A stretch of DNA of 64,000 nt from the NCBI GenBank assembly GCA_965263355.1, contig CBDHHL010000032.1, positions 992,001 to 1,056,000 of the forward strand, read 5' to 3'. The translations under genes were made by a program, and so were the position numbers. Positions 1 to 11,493 of this stretch are shown piece after piece (position 1 is the first letter of the stretch; every line of letters starts with the position of its first letter). Below the pieces are notes generated by a model. That model was not told the origin of the DNA, did not search any database, and was given only the letters and a program-made list of their open reading frames with translations. The stretch comes from Leptolyngbyaceae cyanobacterium. GTDB lineage: Bacteria; Cyanobacteriota; Cyanobacteriia; Phormidesmidales; Phormidesmidaceae.

Positions 1-1
1 C

Positions 2-577
2 GCTGTGACAACGGGCTTAGTATTTGCCCGATTTTCCCTTCCCACTGCCCGTATTCTTTACAGTCGTGTCGCCGTTATTGCTCCATTTAACGGTGTGCCC
101 ACTCTTATGTTTCGCACCGCTAACGAGCGTCGTAATTATATTTTGGAAGCCCAATTGTGGGTTACCCTGGTGCGCGATGAGGTAACCGAGGAAGGCGAGC
201 ATATTCGTCGCTTCCACGATCTTTCCTTGGTGCGCTCCCATACCCCCGTCTTTAGCCTTTCCTGGACAGCCATGCATCGGCTCACGAGCGATAGTCCATT
301 TTACGGGGAAACTCCGGAAACACTGCGCCAAAATCGAGCTGAGATTATTGTCACCCTAACCGGATTAGACGAAACGTTATCCCAAACAATCCATGCACGT
401 CATTCCTTTAGTGCCTACGACATTTACTGGAACCATAAGTTTGTAGATATTATTTCGACCAATGATGACGGCCGTTCTCTGGTTGACTATAATCACTTTC
501 ATTCCGTTGAACCGTTAGAGCAAAAAACGGCCCATCGCCATGCAAAAGAGCAACTCATCAGTTGGAGTTCCCACTAA
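2..577 (+). CDS. Inward-rectifier (KirBac-type) potassium channel, C-terminal part; 5' end outside window
   Basis: TGLVFARFS, PTLMFR-ANER, SWTAMH, GLDET..QTIHARHS motifs of the Kir cytoplasmic domain. Confidence 0.85.
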   Translation, partial: AVTTGLVFARFSLPTARILYSRVAVIAPFNGVPTLMFRTANERRNYILEAQLWVTLVRDEVTEEGEHIRRFHDLSLVRSHTPVFSLSWTAMHRLTSDSPFYGETPETLRQNRAEIIVTLTGLDETLSQTIHARHSFSAYDIYWNHKFVDIISTNDDGRSLVDYNHFHSVEPLEQKTAHRHAKEQLISWSSH

Positions 578-697
578 AGATGACTGATACTAAATTGATT
601 AATCTCGATTAAAATGCATCAGTTCGTAGGGACAATCCCTTGTGGTTGCTCTGCTGCAATATCGGACGCAGGCAGCCAGGATTTCGTATGAGATAAA

Positions 698-729
698 TAG
701 AAAGGCCGCTCCTAGGAGCAGCCTTTCTA
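698..729. terminator. Hairpin between convergent genes, probable terminator
   Basis: tagaaagg-ccgctcctaggagcag-cctttcta inverted repeat. Confidence 0.55.
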
Positions 730-778
730 CAAAACCTATTTCTCGAGCAGATGTGAACCGTAAACTGAAAGAGTGAAA

Positions 779-1858
779 TTACACTAGCAGAGTAAATAGC
801 TTTACCATTAGCTTAGTTCGATTAATGGGTTTACCGATATAGCAAGAAGCACCACACATTTTGGCCCGAATACGACCAAATATATTAGGTTTCTTGGTTA
901 ACAAGATAATAGGAACATCCTTATACTGCGGATGGCGACGCAGATGAGAGCATAAGTCAAAGCCATTCAAACCATCCATAGTTGTCGTCAGCATAATTAA
1001 ATCAGGCTGGCACTTAGCCAAATCCGCCACCGCTGTAGCAACATCATCAACTGGCGTAATCGCAAAGACTGTGTCCTCTAGATACCCCCGAAGCTCTTTA
1101 AGACACTGCTCATCAGAATCAATGCATACAAGCTGATATGACGGCGAAGCGCTCGCTTTATTAGCTAACGTTGACGTAAATGTATCAGGACTTAAAACCT
1201 TTAGAGATGAATCAAGCGTGTCAGGAGCCGCCTGCTTTAGCAGTGACTGAATATCACTGCCTGGCATAGGAATCGGCTCAACAACATGACTGCTTTGAGA
1301 CAATTTTATTTCGCTGATAGGCGTAGTGTCACGCTTTGACGCTAGGGATTCAGCTTCCTGATGACATTGCTCCACCAATGTCCGGATATCTAAGGTGCAA
1401 AAAGTGGGATAGTCAACGATATTACTAAAACTATTGACCTCATAACTACCTCGGGTAACCCTTAGCAAAGATGCAATGGTAGTCACTGCCAAAGCACGGA
1501 TAAACTGACCTGCCTGGTCAAATGAGATGTGCTCCTGCTCTACAAGCCAACGAATAGCCCGATAGTCAGCAGTCAAATCGTTACCTTGATGGGTGTACTG
1601 CCGATGGTAAAGCTGCAGTTGAGCAAGCACCAGATCAGAGATTGCCTCAGGAAACAGCTGACGACCTTCAAACCTCAAAGCATCGAATCCATTTTGAGAA
1701 CTCGTTGCAAATAAAAGCTTGCCCCGCTGTAACCACAGAGACCACCGAACATCATTGGAAACTACCAAGAGTTCACCACTGACTTGACGCCCTACAAGCT
1801 GCGCCAACAACGTGAGCGGATGTAATGTTTTTTGAGTAATAGTACCTGCTAAAACCAT
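779..1858 (-). CDS. PatA-type response regulator (N-terminal PATAN/DUF4388-like domain plus atypical C-terminal receiver)
   Basis: SGELLV..W.LWLQRGKLLFA N-terminus; receiver fold with GFDLC, PIILLT and YIGKP; start taken at first ATG. Confidence 0.75.
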   Translation of the reverse strand: MVLAGTITQKTLHPLTLLAQLVGRQVSGELLVVSNDVRWSLWLQRGKLLFATSSQNGFDALRFEGRQLFPEAISDLVLAQLQLYHRQYTHQGNDLTADYRAIRWLVEQEHISFDQAGQFIRALAVTTIASLLRVTRGSYEVNSFSNIVDYPTFCTLDIRTLVEQCHQEAESLASKRDTTPISEIKLSQSSHVVEPIPMPGSDIQSLLKQAAPDTLDSSLKVLSPDTFTSTLANKASASPSYQLVCIDSDEQCLKELRGYLEDTVFAITPVDDVATAVADLAKCQPDLIMLTTTMDGLNGFDLCSHLRRHPQYKDVPIILLTKKPNIFGRIRAKMCGASCYIGKPINRTKLMVKLFTLLV

Positions 1859-2823
1859 GGGAGAAGTTCCGGCCAAAGAACGGTATTCGAAGTGGTAAAA
1901 ATCAGATAGAGCAGTGATGGATAACAGAGTAGAAGAAACTTTATCGATATCGATACATAAACCACGTCCAAGTTGAAACCCGTAGATTCCTTACCAGGAA
2001 AACTCCAGTTCTAGACATAGTCAAGATTTATATGAAATATCGAGGTTATTTTCTCTCCCATATACAACCATCTAAGCAACTATAACGAGCTAATTACTTC
2101 GTACCATCTTGATACAAATGAAGCAATCAACAATTGAGTAGACACACCTAAATCAAAACTAAATTCAAGTTACTCAAGAAATGAAAAATGAAAACTGTGT
2201 TTCCCCAGAAACTCCTTCAACTTGAACTCAACAGCAAATGAAGAACTCAGACTTGAACCATCCAATTGCTTGGTTATATTGACTAATTTCAATCAACTAA
2301 TTTGAAAATGCAAGTATTTCCATAGAAACTGGTCGAAAATTTATATGCTTAACGTTATTGGTTTATATAGTGAAATTTAAAGATTTGATATTCTATTAAC
2401 ATTCTAATTGATTCACCGCCCGGGTACGCAACTTGCAGTGATTACAGCAATGTTAAACACAGAGCTAATCTAGTCGGCAACGGCTCAGTGAGATTGCCCA
2501 AACAGTTGAACATTTCCCAATCGTCCTGGTAAATATCATCAATTTATGTTCACATGTGCATCAGCATATGACTTATATTTACCCCAATCTCCCTCTCTTA
2601 CCCCCATCCTTTTACTGCATATTTATCAGCAAAAGTGCTGATAAATGACCTTTTTCAAATAAACATAATTCTCAACCATTAAACGATGCCTGAATGTTCT
2701 ATGAGTTTTAGCAAAAAGTATTGATATTTTTTTGACGCAACACGATTCGTTTGCTCTAACGAGGGCTCACTTCACGTAAATTCATTCCGTAATATAGGAC
2801 ATTCTGAAGACACGTTAGACAGG

Positions 2824-5046
2824 TCAACAGGTCCTTATGTCTCGAAATTGCTTCATTAAGGATTCGTGGGTACTCCTTTCAGGCTCATTGGGCTTAGGCT
2901 GACGCTGTACATAGGTACCATCTGCCTGCATTTCCCAAGCCTGACGATTATCAACAAGACAAATGTCCAAAAGATTTGTCAGCTCTCGACGTAAATGGGG
3001 AGCCAAAACTGGTGTGACCGCTTCAACTCGACGATCTAAATTACGGGGCATCCAGTCGGCACTACCAATATAAAACTGCTCATTGCCACCATTTTGAAAG
3101 TAAAAAATACGAGAATGTTCTAAAAACCGACCAATAATACTGATCACGCGAATATTGTCGCTGACACCCTCAATCCCAGGTGTCAGGCAACAAATACCCC
3201 GTACAATCAAATTAATTTCCACCCCTGCCTGGGATGCGCGATACAGCGCCTGAATAATGCCAGGATCCACTAGAGAATTCATCTTGGCAATAATGCGACC
3301 ATTAGCGCCATGGGTAGTCTCCTGATAAATTAACGCCATCATCCGCTCCCGCAGGGTAATGGGAGCAATCAGTAACTGACGATAAGCTTTTTGTCGCGAG
3401 TATCCAGTTAAATAGTTAAACAGATCGGTTAAATCTGCCCCCAGTTCTTCACTACAGCTAAGTAACCCTAAGTCAGTGTAGATACGAGCAGTTTTAGGAT
3501 TATAGTTACCAGTACCAATATGCACATAGCGACGAATGCCATCATGCTCCTTACGTACCACCAAGGAAATTTTGGTATGAGTCTTCAAACCAATCAGACC
3601 ATAGACCACATGTACCCCTGCTTTTTCAAGGGTTCGGGCCCAGTTAATGTTGTTTTCTTCATCAAACCGAGCCTTTAGTTCCACTAAGGCCACCACTTGT
3701 TTCCCATTTTCAGCAGCTGAAATCAACGCATTAATAATAGGAGAATCTCCAGATGTGCGATAAAGCGTCATCTTAATAGTTAGTACATCAGGATCAGCAG
3801 CGGCCTGGGTAATAAACTGTTGCACAGTTGCTGCAAATGAAACATAGGGATGATGGACAAGACGATCGCATCGACGAATAATTGAGAAAACATCATCCCC
3901 TTCACCTTCAGCATCATCTCGATTAATCCGATGCCATGGAGAGGGCGTAACAGCCGACCAATCAGGATCCTTATGCTCTGGTAGAGGTAAGCCAACCAGA
4001 TTCATCAAATCCCCAAGACCAATTAGCTCGGTGACGTCATAAATATCATCTTCAGTCAAATCCATCTCTGTCAGAAGAGTATTACGGACCTGATGAGAGG
4101 TATTAGCTTGTAACTCTATACGCACTAAAGAACCGCCCAAACGGCGCTTACGCAGCTCTTGCTCAAGCGCCAACATTAAATCGTCAGCATCATCTTCTTC
4201 AACAAATAAATCGGCATTTCGAGTAATGCGAAAGGTATAGTACTCTTCAACTACCATGCCAGGAAAGAGAAAGGTAAGATTCTTACCAATCACTTGCTCT
4301 AGAGGGACAGCGGTCCACAGAGCACCTTCAGGTTGTAGCGATTTGGGTAATTGAATAAACCGAGGCAATACCTTAGGAACTTTAATCCGGGCAAAGTGAG
4401 TTTCTTCAGACTCTGCTTCACGAACAACAACAGCCAGATTCAAACTGAGGTTCGAAATGTAGGGAAAGGGATGCCCAGGATCGACAGCCAGTGGTGTCAG
4501 AACAGGAAAGATCTGCTCCTCAAAATATGCTTGTAAATAGGTAACTTGCTTACTGCTTAGAGCATCGTAATCAAACAGATGGATACCACAGTCATTGAGC
4601 TGGGCTCTGATTTGCATGAAACAAGCTTGTTGGCTCGCAAATGCTGGCCTTAGCTTACGACCAATGGCTTGTAAATGTTCGATAGGAGTACGACCATCAG
4701 CAGTACGGCGATTAACTTGAGCCTCAATTTGTCGTTTAATCCCTGCCACACGCACCATGAAAAACTCATCCAAGTTATGACTAAAAATAGCTAAAAACTT
4801 TAGCCGTTCTAACATGGGTGTGCGTGGGTCTAGAGCCTCATGCAATACTCGCTCGTTAAATGACAACCAGCTTAATTCTCGACTGATGTAATATTGTGAC
4901 GAACTCAAATCAATATTAGATGACACTGCGGATTGCTGAGCTGCGACTGTATTTGAAGAGGCTTTACCAGACATTTGCTTATCTGTATCTGTAGTAAAAC
5001 CTGACGTTTTTTTGGCAGCCATGCCCTTAGCGTTTTTATCTAACAT
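2824..5046 (-). CDS. ppk1: Polyphosphate kinase 1
   Basis: RELSWLSFNERVL, NLDEFFMVRVAG, HHPY, ELKARFDE, KTHTK, GRFLEHSR, SADWMPRNLDRR motifs. Confidence 0.97.
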   Translation of the reverse strand: MLDKNAKGMAAKKTSGFTTDTDKQMSGKASSNTVAAQQSAVSSNIDLSSSQYYISRELSWLSFNERVLHEALDPRTPMLERLKFLAIFSHNLDEFFMVRVAGIKRQIEAQVNRRTADGRTPIEHLQAIGRKLRPAFASQQACFMQIRAQLNDCGIHLFDYDALSSKQVTYLQAYFEEQIFPVLTPLAVDPGHPFPYISNLSLNLAVVVREAESEETHFARIKVPKVLPRFIQLPKSLQPEGALWTAVPLEQVIGKNLTFLFPGMVVEEYYTFRITRNADLFVEEDDADDLMLALEQELRKRRLGGSLVRIELQANTSHQVRNTLLTEMDLTEDDIYDVTELIGLGDLMNLVGLPLPEHKDPDWSAVTPSPWHRINRDDAEGEGDDVFSIIRRCDRLVHHPYVSFAATVQQFITQAAADPDVLTIKMTLYRTSGDSPIINALISAAENGKQVVALVELKARFDEENNINWARTLEKAGVHVVYGLIGLKTHTKISLVVRKEHDGIRRYVHIGTGNYNPKTARIYTDLGLLSCSEELGADLTDLFNYLTGYSRQKAYRQLLIAPITLRERMMALIYQETTHGANGRIIAKMNSLVDPGIIQALYRASQAGVEINLIVRGICCLTPGIEGVSDNIRVISIIGRFLEHSRIFYFQNGGNEQFYIGSADWMPRNLDRRVEAVTPVLAPHLRRELTNLLDICLVDNRQAWEMQADGTYVQRQPKPNEPERSTHESLMKQFRDIRTC

Positions 5047-5076
5047 TTTTGTTGATACTCCCTGTAACTGGTCTTT

Positions 5077-5283
5077 TTAGAAAACATCGCTTTCACGACC
5101 AACCCACCACTCACCCAGCTTCATTAGATCGTCATGGATATCTGCCACCTGCTGAGCGTAATCATCCGCTGATAGCTCGTGACGACGCTCTTGAAGCTTT
5201 TTTAGCCGTAGCTGGATGAGTAGCCACGGCTTACTAATGCCGTCAGTAGCCTCAATATACTTTGCTAGCTCATTGCTGTTCAT
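5077..5283 (-). CDS. Small hypothetical protein
   Basis: 68-aa ORF co-oriented with and directly upstream of ppk1. Confidence 0.7.
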   Translation of the reverse strand: MNSNELAKYIEATDGISKPWLLIQLRLKKLQERRHELSADDYAQQVADIHDDLMKLGEWWVGRESDVF

Positions 5284-5398
5284 TGCTCTATCACCTTCAA
5301 AAATAGTCAGGAATCACGCCCTCAAGACGTGTATTTTTTAATACCTACTTTACTTTACTCAAAAAATAAATATCGTGATGGCATGTTGTACTAATCAG

Positions 5399-5444
5399 TA
5401 AACCCGCAGAAGGGAAACTACATCAGCCTCTCTCTGCGGGTTTA
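5399..5444 (-). terminator. Hairpin downstream of the membrane-protein gene
   Basis: taaacccgcaga...tctgcgggttta inverted repeat. Confidence 0.55.
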
Positions 5445-5497
5445 TGGTTAGTAAGGACTTGAAATTCGCTAGAACCCAATGGTCCCAGAACGGCTAA

Positions 5498-7123
5498 CTA
5501 TTGTTTCAGATGATTAACCCACTCTCGTAGGTTTTCAGAAGCAACATCACGACCGCCAAGACCAAAGGCAATCGCAATTGCCACGGCAATGGCTCCCAAC
5601 AGTAGACCAAAGGCCAGATTGACAATGTTCGTAGCCACACCCATTTGCTGTAGAGCCATGGCTCCTACAAACGCAATGATGGCGATACGAGCTGCCTGGG
5701 CCAGGGTATTAGATGACGACATACCCATACCGTTAATGAGACGGAAAGCCAGGTTAGCCGCATACAGACCAATGGCAAAGACAACGACACCGCTCAACAC
5801 GCGGACTGAAACCGCCATGATGCTTCTGACAATTTGGGTCAAGGTATCAAACTGGAGTATCTCAGTGGCCGTAACTGCACCAAATAAGATAATGCCTACC
5901 AATACAATCAAACCGGCAATCTCGGAAGGTGTCTTCTGAGGAGCTTCTACCGCCGGGATGGGTTCACCTTCGGCTAAGGCAACTGGCTCAGCAGCTGCAG
6001 TACCAGACAGCTCAGATAGTCCTAGGATATCGGTGATATTGTCAAAGCCAATGCCCGATAGCAAACTGACGACTAAGTCAGATACAAATTGAGCAATGAA
6101 GTAGAAGATAACGAGAACAACACCGGCAGAAAGGATTTGAGGAATCTTTTCAAGCACGCTCTCCAGCATAACGATGGCAGGACCGGACACACCGTCAAGG
6201 TTAAGTTCAGTCAAAGCTGCGATCGCAACGGGGATCAAAATCAAGGTGTAGACCAAAATCCCTGCCAGACTGGAAACGGAGATACCATCATCTGGACGAG
6301 CTGCCAGACCAAACCGGGCACCAAAATTATCAGCACCGGTAGCCATCAACAGATTAGTCACAATGCCCTTCACAATATTGGCCACTAGCCAGCCAATACC
6401 AAAGACAATCACCGCTGTCAGAATCTGAGGAATTGCAGACAGGAACTCATCCAGTAACTCTTGAACAGGACCTAATAAACCAGGTAACTGTAAAGCACTT
6501 AGAACAAGCGGCAATGACAGTAGAAAGATAAACCAGTAAATGACATTACCCAAGGTCTCATTTACTTGATAGGAATTACCTTCAGAATCAACGCCAGTTT
6601 GCTCAGCTAAACGCTGATCTAAGTTGAAGCGGCCAAGACCGTTAACAACGGCGACCTTAGCCAGCTTGGCAATAATCCAGGTAACAAACAGAATGACAGC
6701 AGCACCTGCAATTCGAGGTACATACTCAAAAACGGTTTGAAGCAAACCGCTAATGGGCTGTGACACCGCATCCAGTTTGAGGGCGTTCAAAATGGCAATG
6801 ATAAAGAAGAGCATCACCACCCAGAACACGATACCGCCTACCGTATTTTCGATGGGTACATCATCACCAAGCCCAGCCTTGGTTGCCAGCTGATTGTCTA
6901 GATTTGTTTTACTGAGTAAAAACTTAGCAAATGCTTTGGCGATTGTGGCCACCACCAGTCCCACAATCAGCAGTAAAAAGGCACCTACTAAGCCAGGCAA
7001 GAAGTTACCTAACTGATTGCCGATGCTATTTGTAAATTGCTGAATCGGATTTGCTTGAGCAAGGTTGAACGTTGGATCCAAACTTAACCATTCAAAACCA
7101 ACCCACCCATGGAGTTGAGTCAT
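5498..7123 (-). CDS. Polytopic membrane protein with conserved TM-helix repeats (CmpX/MscS TM-helix type)
   Basis: Repeated P.I..A..I...G units; C-terminal AFGLGGRD motif. Confidence 0.8.
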   Translation of the reverse strand: MTQLHGWVGFEWLSLDPTFNLAQANPIQQFTNSIGNQLGNFLPGLVGAFLLLIVGLVVATIAKAFAKFLLSKTNLDNQLATKAGLGDDVPIENTVGGIVFWVVMLFFIIAILNALKLDAVSQPISGLLQTVFEYVPRIAGAAVILFVTWIIAKLAKVAVVNGLGRFNLDQRLAEQTGVDSEGNSYQVNETLGNVIYWFIFLLSLPLVLSALQLPGLLGPVQELLDEFLSAIPQILTAVIVFGIGWLVANIVKGIVTNLLMATGADNFGARFGLAARPDDGISVSSLAGILVYTLILIPVAIAALTELNLDGVSGPAIVMLESVLEKIPQILSAGVVLVIFYFIAQFVSDLVVSLLSGIGFDNITDILGLSELSGTAAAEPVALAEGEPIPAVEAPQKTPSEIAGLIVLVGIILFGAVTATEILQFDTLTQIVRSIMAVSVRVLSGVVVFAIGLYAANLAFRLINGMGMSSSNTLAQAARIAIIAFVGAMALQQMGVATNIVNLAFGLLLGAIAVAIAIAFGLGGRDVASENLREWVNHLKQ

Positions 7124-7522
7124 TTTTATCCCTATGCCTACTGAACATCTACATGTGCCGGGCGCGACACTCAGTGTAAGTGCAAATACGTCTGCCCTTA
7201 AGAGTACCGCTAAATATCATTTTTTCTCGCCGGAAGTCTTATAAATAGCAGACTTTGTAATCAAATCCCTGTATTTCTACGTACAACTTTGGATTTTGCA
7301 GCTATTTTTTGGGCCATTAAGCTTAGAATTGCTTAATTTCAATGTACGCAAAGACATCAGTTCCCATTCCCTGACAAGTTGCAGAAGACAGTCTTTTTAC
7401 CCAAAATTTAGTCTTGACAAACCATCAGACAGACAGTTAGCGCTGGGGGGATCAACGACCAAAAGATTGTTGACCTAGAGAATGCAAGGCAACACAACAG
7501 CGATCTTAGACTCAGCTCGGGA

Positions 7523-10216
7523 TCAACCGTCTAAGCTGATATCTTCAGGGGGATCGGTTTCAGCTGCCTCAGATGCACTGTCTGCGTCTGTTACCTCTGT
7601 GATCTCATCTGATGTGGACATGACACTATCTAAGCTTTCCTCAATTCCATCGCTAGACTCATCAAGGGTATCCTCCTCGTCAATATCTAATTCAGGAACA
7701 ACGGCAACGGCTGCGATCGCATCATCGCCATCCAAACGTTGCAGTTGTACACCAGTAGCCATCCGCGACTGAATAGAAATCGCATCAATTGCCTGACGAA
7801 TGATAATGCCACGCTGGGTGACCAACATCAGCTCATCACGAGGATTAACCACCCGTAAAGCCACAAGTTCATCGTTTTCCTTACGGAACTTTATGCCCAC
7901 AAGGCCCATACCTGCCCGATTTTGCAAACGGAACTGATCCACCGGCACCCGCTTACCCAAACCACCGGCAGCAATTACCAAAGCCCAGGGACCAATGTTC
8001 TCCTCAACAACCGTCTCTTCCTCAGCCTCTTCATCGCCCTCAGATGAACCAGATGCCGCCACCTGAGCAGTGACCGCAGCAGGCAGAATATCCATACTAA
8101 TCAGCTTGTCTCCGTCCCGTAGGGACATTGACTTTACCCCGCGAGTGGGACGACCTAACGGTCGCAGCTGATCGTTATCGGCTCTAAAGTGAATGGTCAT
8201 ACCCTGTTGCGAGCCAATAATAATGCTGTCCTCAGTCCGTGCTAACCGCACCCAACGCAGCTGATCGCCCTCCCCAAGCGAAATCGCAATCAGACCGTTA
8301 GCGCGAATGTTGCTAAACGCAGAAAGCGCTGTTTTCTTAATAAAGCCACCCTGGGTCAGCATGACCAAATACACATCTTCAGTAAATGCCTGCACCCCTA
8401 ACACAGAAGTTACCTTTTCCTCACGGGGAATCGGCAACATTTGCACAATGGGGTTACCCCGTGACACTCTGGACCCTTCCGGTATCTGATAAGCCCTGAG
8501 GGTATAGGCCACCCCTCGATCAGTAAAAAACAATACATGATCGTGGGTACAACAGGTCATGAAATGCTCAATGGCATCGTCATCCTTCATGCGTGTGCCT
8601 GACTTACCACGAGTCGCCCGGTTTTGAGCTTCAAAGGTGGACACGGGCATGCGCTTAATATAGCCCTGCTCAGTCAATAAAATGACCACCTGCTCATTGG
8701 CAATTAGAGAAATATCGGTGAGTTCATCTTCCGCCGCTTCAATCACAGTCCGTCGCTCGTCGGCATGGGCCACACGCAGCTGCTGCAGTTCCTCTTCGAT
8801 GATGGCCAAAATTCGCTCTCGGCGAGCCAGGATATCGCGCAAATCAGTGATTTTCACCTGAAGTGCTTCATGCTCTTGCTGAATCTTGTCGGCCTCTAGG
8901 GCGGTTAGACGGCGTAGCTGCATCTGCAAAATGGCATCGGCCTGGGCAGAGGACAGCTCATAGGAATCCATCAACTCCTGCTTAGCGGTGGCCACATCGG
9001 CCGCATGGCGGATCAGCGCAATGACTGCATCCAGATTGTCCAGGGCGATCAGATACCCTTGGAGAATATGGTCTCTCTCTTCAGCCTTACGTAACTCGTA
9101 GCGGGTACGACGGGTAATTGTTTCTATCCGAAAATCCAAAAAGACTTCTAGAAATCTTTTCAATGTCAACAACTGCGGCTCACCGTTGACTAAAGCCAGC
9201 ATGTTGACACCAAAGTTGTTCTGTAGAGGTGTCTGTTTATAGAGATTGTTGAGCACGACCTTAGGATAAGCGTCCCGCTTGAGTTCAATGACAACTCGCA
9301 TGCCATCGCGATCGCTCTCATCTCGGATATCGGAAATACCATCTAGACGGCGATCGTTGACCATCTCGGCAATCTTCTCAATGAGGCCAGCCTTGTTGGT
9401 CTGATACGGCAGTTCAGTGATGATAATCGCTTCACGGTCAGGCCGTCCCGAATATTCTAACGTTTCAATGGCAGCTACCCCTCGCATGGTGACAGACCCA
9501 CGCCCCGTCAGATAGGCATCTCGAATGCCGTTACTACCGACAATCAAGGCTCCAGTGGGAAAATCTGGACCATGAACATGCTGCTGCATCAGCTCTTGGC
9601 TGGTAATCTCAGGATTTTGAATCAGGGCGATCACACCATCCACCAACTCTCCTAAATTGTGAGGAGGAATATTGGTCGCCATCCCCACCGCAATCCCAGA
9701 AGACCCATTCAGCAACAGCTGAGGCAACCGTGCAGGCATTACCGTCGGTTCTTGCTGAGAACCATCAAAGTTATCGGCAAAGTCAACGGTCTCGGATTCG
9801 ATGTCTTGGAGTAAGGCCGCCCCCGTCAGCGCATGCAGCCTCGATTCTGTGTATCGCATGGCTGCTGGCGGATCGTTGTCAATGGAACCAAAGTTACCAT
9901 GGCCATCAATCAAGGGGGACCGCATGGAAAAGTCCTGCGCCATCCGTACCAGGGCGTCATAGACCGCCGTATCTCCGTGGGGATGGTATTTACCAAGAAC
10001 CTCACCCACAACACGGGCGCACTTACGAAAGGGTCTGTCCGCAGTTAATCCCAGTTCGTGCATGGCATAGAGAATGCGACGATGCACCGGTTTGAGACCG
10101 TCCCTGGCATCTGGTAAGGCTCGTCCCACAATGACGCTCATGGCGTACTCTAGGTAGGACCGGGACATCTCGTTGCGCAGATCGGTGGATACAATCCGCT
10201 CTTGGGGATTACTCAT
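7523..10216 (-). CDS. gyrA: DNA gyrase subunit A
   Basis: [37 protein letters not shown], GyrA-box-like QNRATRG, acidic tail; start moved to ATG 10216. Confidence 0.96.
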   Translation of the reverse strand: MSNPQERIVSTDLRNEMSRSYLEYAMSVIVGRALPDARDGLKPVHRRILYAMHELGLTADRPFRKCARVVGEVLGKYHPHGDTAVYDALVRMAQDFSMRSPLIDGHGNFGSIDNDPPAAMRYTESRLHALTGAALLQDIESETVDFADNFDGSQQEPTVMPARLPQLLLNGSSGIAVGMATNIPPHNLGELVDGVIALIQNPEITSQELMQQHVHGPDFPTGALIVGSNGIRDAYLTGRGSVTMRGVAAIETLEYSGRPDREAIIITELPYQTNKAGLIEKIAEMVNDRRLDGISDIRDESDRDGMRVVIELKRDAYPKVVLNNLYKQTPLQNNFGVNMLALVNGEPQLLTLKRFLEVFLDFRIETITRRTRYELRKAEERDHILQGYLIALDNLDAVIALIRHAADVATAKQELMDSYELSSAQADAILQMQLRRLTALEADKIQQEHEALQVKITDLRDILARRERILAIIEEELQQLRVAHADERRTVIEAAEDELTDISLIANEQVVILLTEQGYIKRMPVSTFEAQNRATRGKSGTRMKDDDAIEHFMTCCTHDHVLFFTDRGVAYTLRAYQIPEGSRVSRGNPIVQMLPIPREEKVTSVLGVQAFTEDVYLVMLTQGGFIKKTALSAFSNIRANGLIAISLGEGDQLRWVRLARTEDSIIIGSQQGMTIHFRADNDQLRPLGRPTRGVKSMSLRDGDKLISMDILPAAVTAQVAASGSSEGDEEAEEETVVEENIGPWALVIAAGGLGKRVPVDQFRLQNRAGMGLVGIKFRKENDELVALRVVNPRDELMLVTQRGIIIRQAIDAISIQSRMATGVQLQRLDGDDAIAAVAVVPELDIDEEDTLDESSDGIEESLDSVMSTSDEITEVTDADSASEAAETDPPEDISLDG

Positions 10217-10541
10217 ACAGAAAGGAGACTCCAAACAATTGGAAAAACAAAATCCTAACTTAATCGCCTAAATGTAACAGGTCCTTAGTATCCTTTTGTA
10301 AGGGTCTTAGGAAGGGGGAGCTTGAGATCAAGTTTTCCTGGAAAATTTTCATTCAGAATAGCTAAGATTCTAGCACATTATTTATATTCTTGATGGACTC
10401 CATACCCCATTAAACAAAGGGCTTTAAGCCAGATCGTTCAGGACTATCCAACCCCACAAATTCTCAACGGAGATAAATCACCAGGGGAGAACAGTAAATG
10501 AGCAAATGTAATGTCCTCTAAAAACTCTGGAGAGAAAAACA

Positions 10542-11492
10542 ATGGTGACCGCCAATGCCCCTTTTCAGCCTCCTTTTCGGATTATTTATTCTGAGCGTTT
10601 TTTGGAGCACGACACGGGCCTTGGTCATCCGGAAAATGCAGGCCGTTTAACGGCAATCGTCACAGCCTTAAAAGCCCACCCGTTAGCCCAGCATCTGGAG
10701 TGGGTAGAGCCGAGCGATCGCAACCCTCTCCCTTGGATCAACGTAGTCCATGATCCGGCTTATGTGGTTACTCTCCAGCGTCTTGCCGAACGGGGTGGCG
10801 GTCATCTAGATGGCGATACTCCAGTTTCCACAGGGAGTTACGACATTGCCCTATTAGCCGTATCCGCCTGGTTAGACGGTGTAGACCATGTGCTGCAGAC
10901 AACGCCCAGTCAAGGATTTGCCCTAGTCCGCCCCCCCGGTCATCATGCCGAATACGCCCGCGGCATGGGGTTTTGCCTACTGAGCAATGCTGCTATTGCA
11001 GCGCACTATGCCCTAGACCAACCTGGGATTGACCGTGTTGCCATTCTCGATTGGGACGTTCACCACGGAAACGGGACCCAACAGGTAGTCAGTAATCACC
11101 CCAAAATTGCCTACTGCTCATTACACCAAATGCCCGCCTACCCAGGCACCGGACAAGCCAGCGAAACCGGCAGCCATGGCAATGTGTGCAATATCCCGAT
11201 GGCACCGGGCAGTGTATCGAAAGACTATCAAACTCAATTTGAACAGCAGGTAGTCCCCTTTCTCACTCAGTTTCAGCCAGATTTACTGCTCGTGAGTGCA
11301 GGTTATGATGCCACCGCTGCCGATCCCCTAGCAGGGATCAATTTAGGCCCTACAGACTATGGTCTGTTTACGTATATCTGTAACGACATAGCCCCCCGAG
11401 TCCTGTTTGGACTGGAGGGGGGCTATGACTATGGAGCCCTTAGTCAGTCAGTTATTGCCACCATTGAAGCAGCGATGCAGGATAAAGCCTGA
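10542..11492 (+). CDS. Histone-deacetylase family (AcuC/AphA-like) amidohydrolase
   Basis: HPE, RPPGHHA, GFC, DWDVHHGNGTQ, SAGYD, LEGGY motifs. Confidence 0.93.
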   Translation: MVTANAPFQPPFRIIYSERFLEHDTGLGHPENAGRLTAIVTALKAHPLAQHLEWVEPSDRNPLPWINVVHDPAYVVTLQRLAERGGGHLDGDTPVSTGSYDIALLAVSAWLDGVDHVLQTTPSQGFALVRPPGHHAEYARGMGFCLLSNAAIAAHYALDQPGIDRVAILDWDVHHGNGTQQVVSNHPKIAYCSLHQMPAYPGTGQASETGSHGNVCNIPMAPGSVSKDYQTQFEQQVVPFLTQFQPDLLLVSAGYDATAADPLAGINLGPTDYGLFTYICNDIAPRVLFGLEGGYDYGALSQSVIATIEAAMQDKA

Positions 11493-11493
11493 T

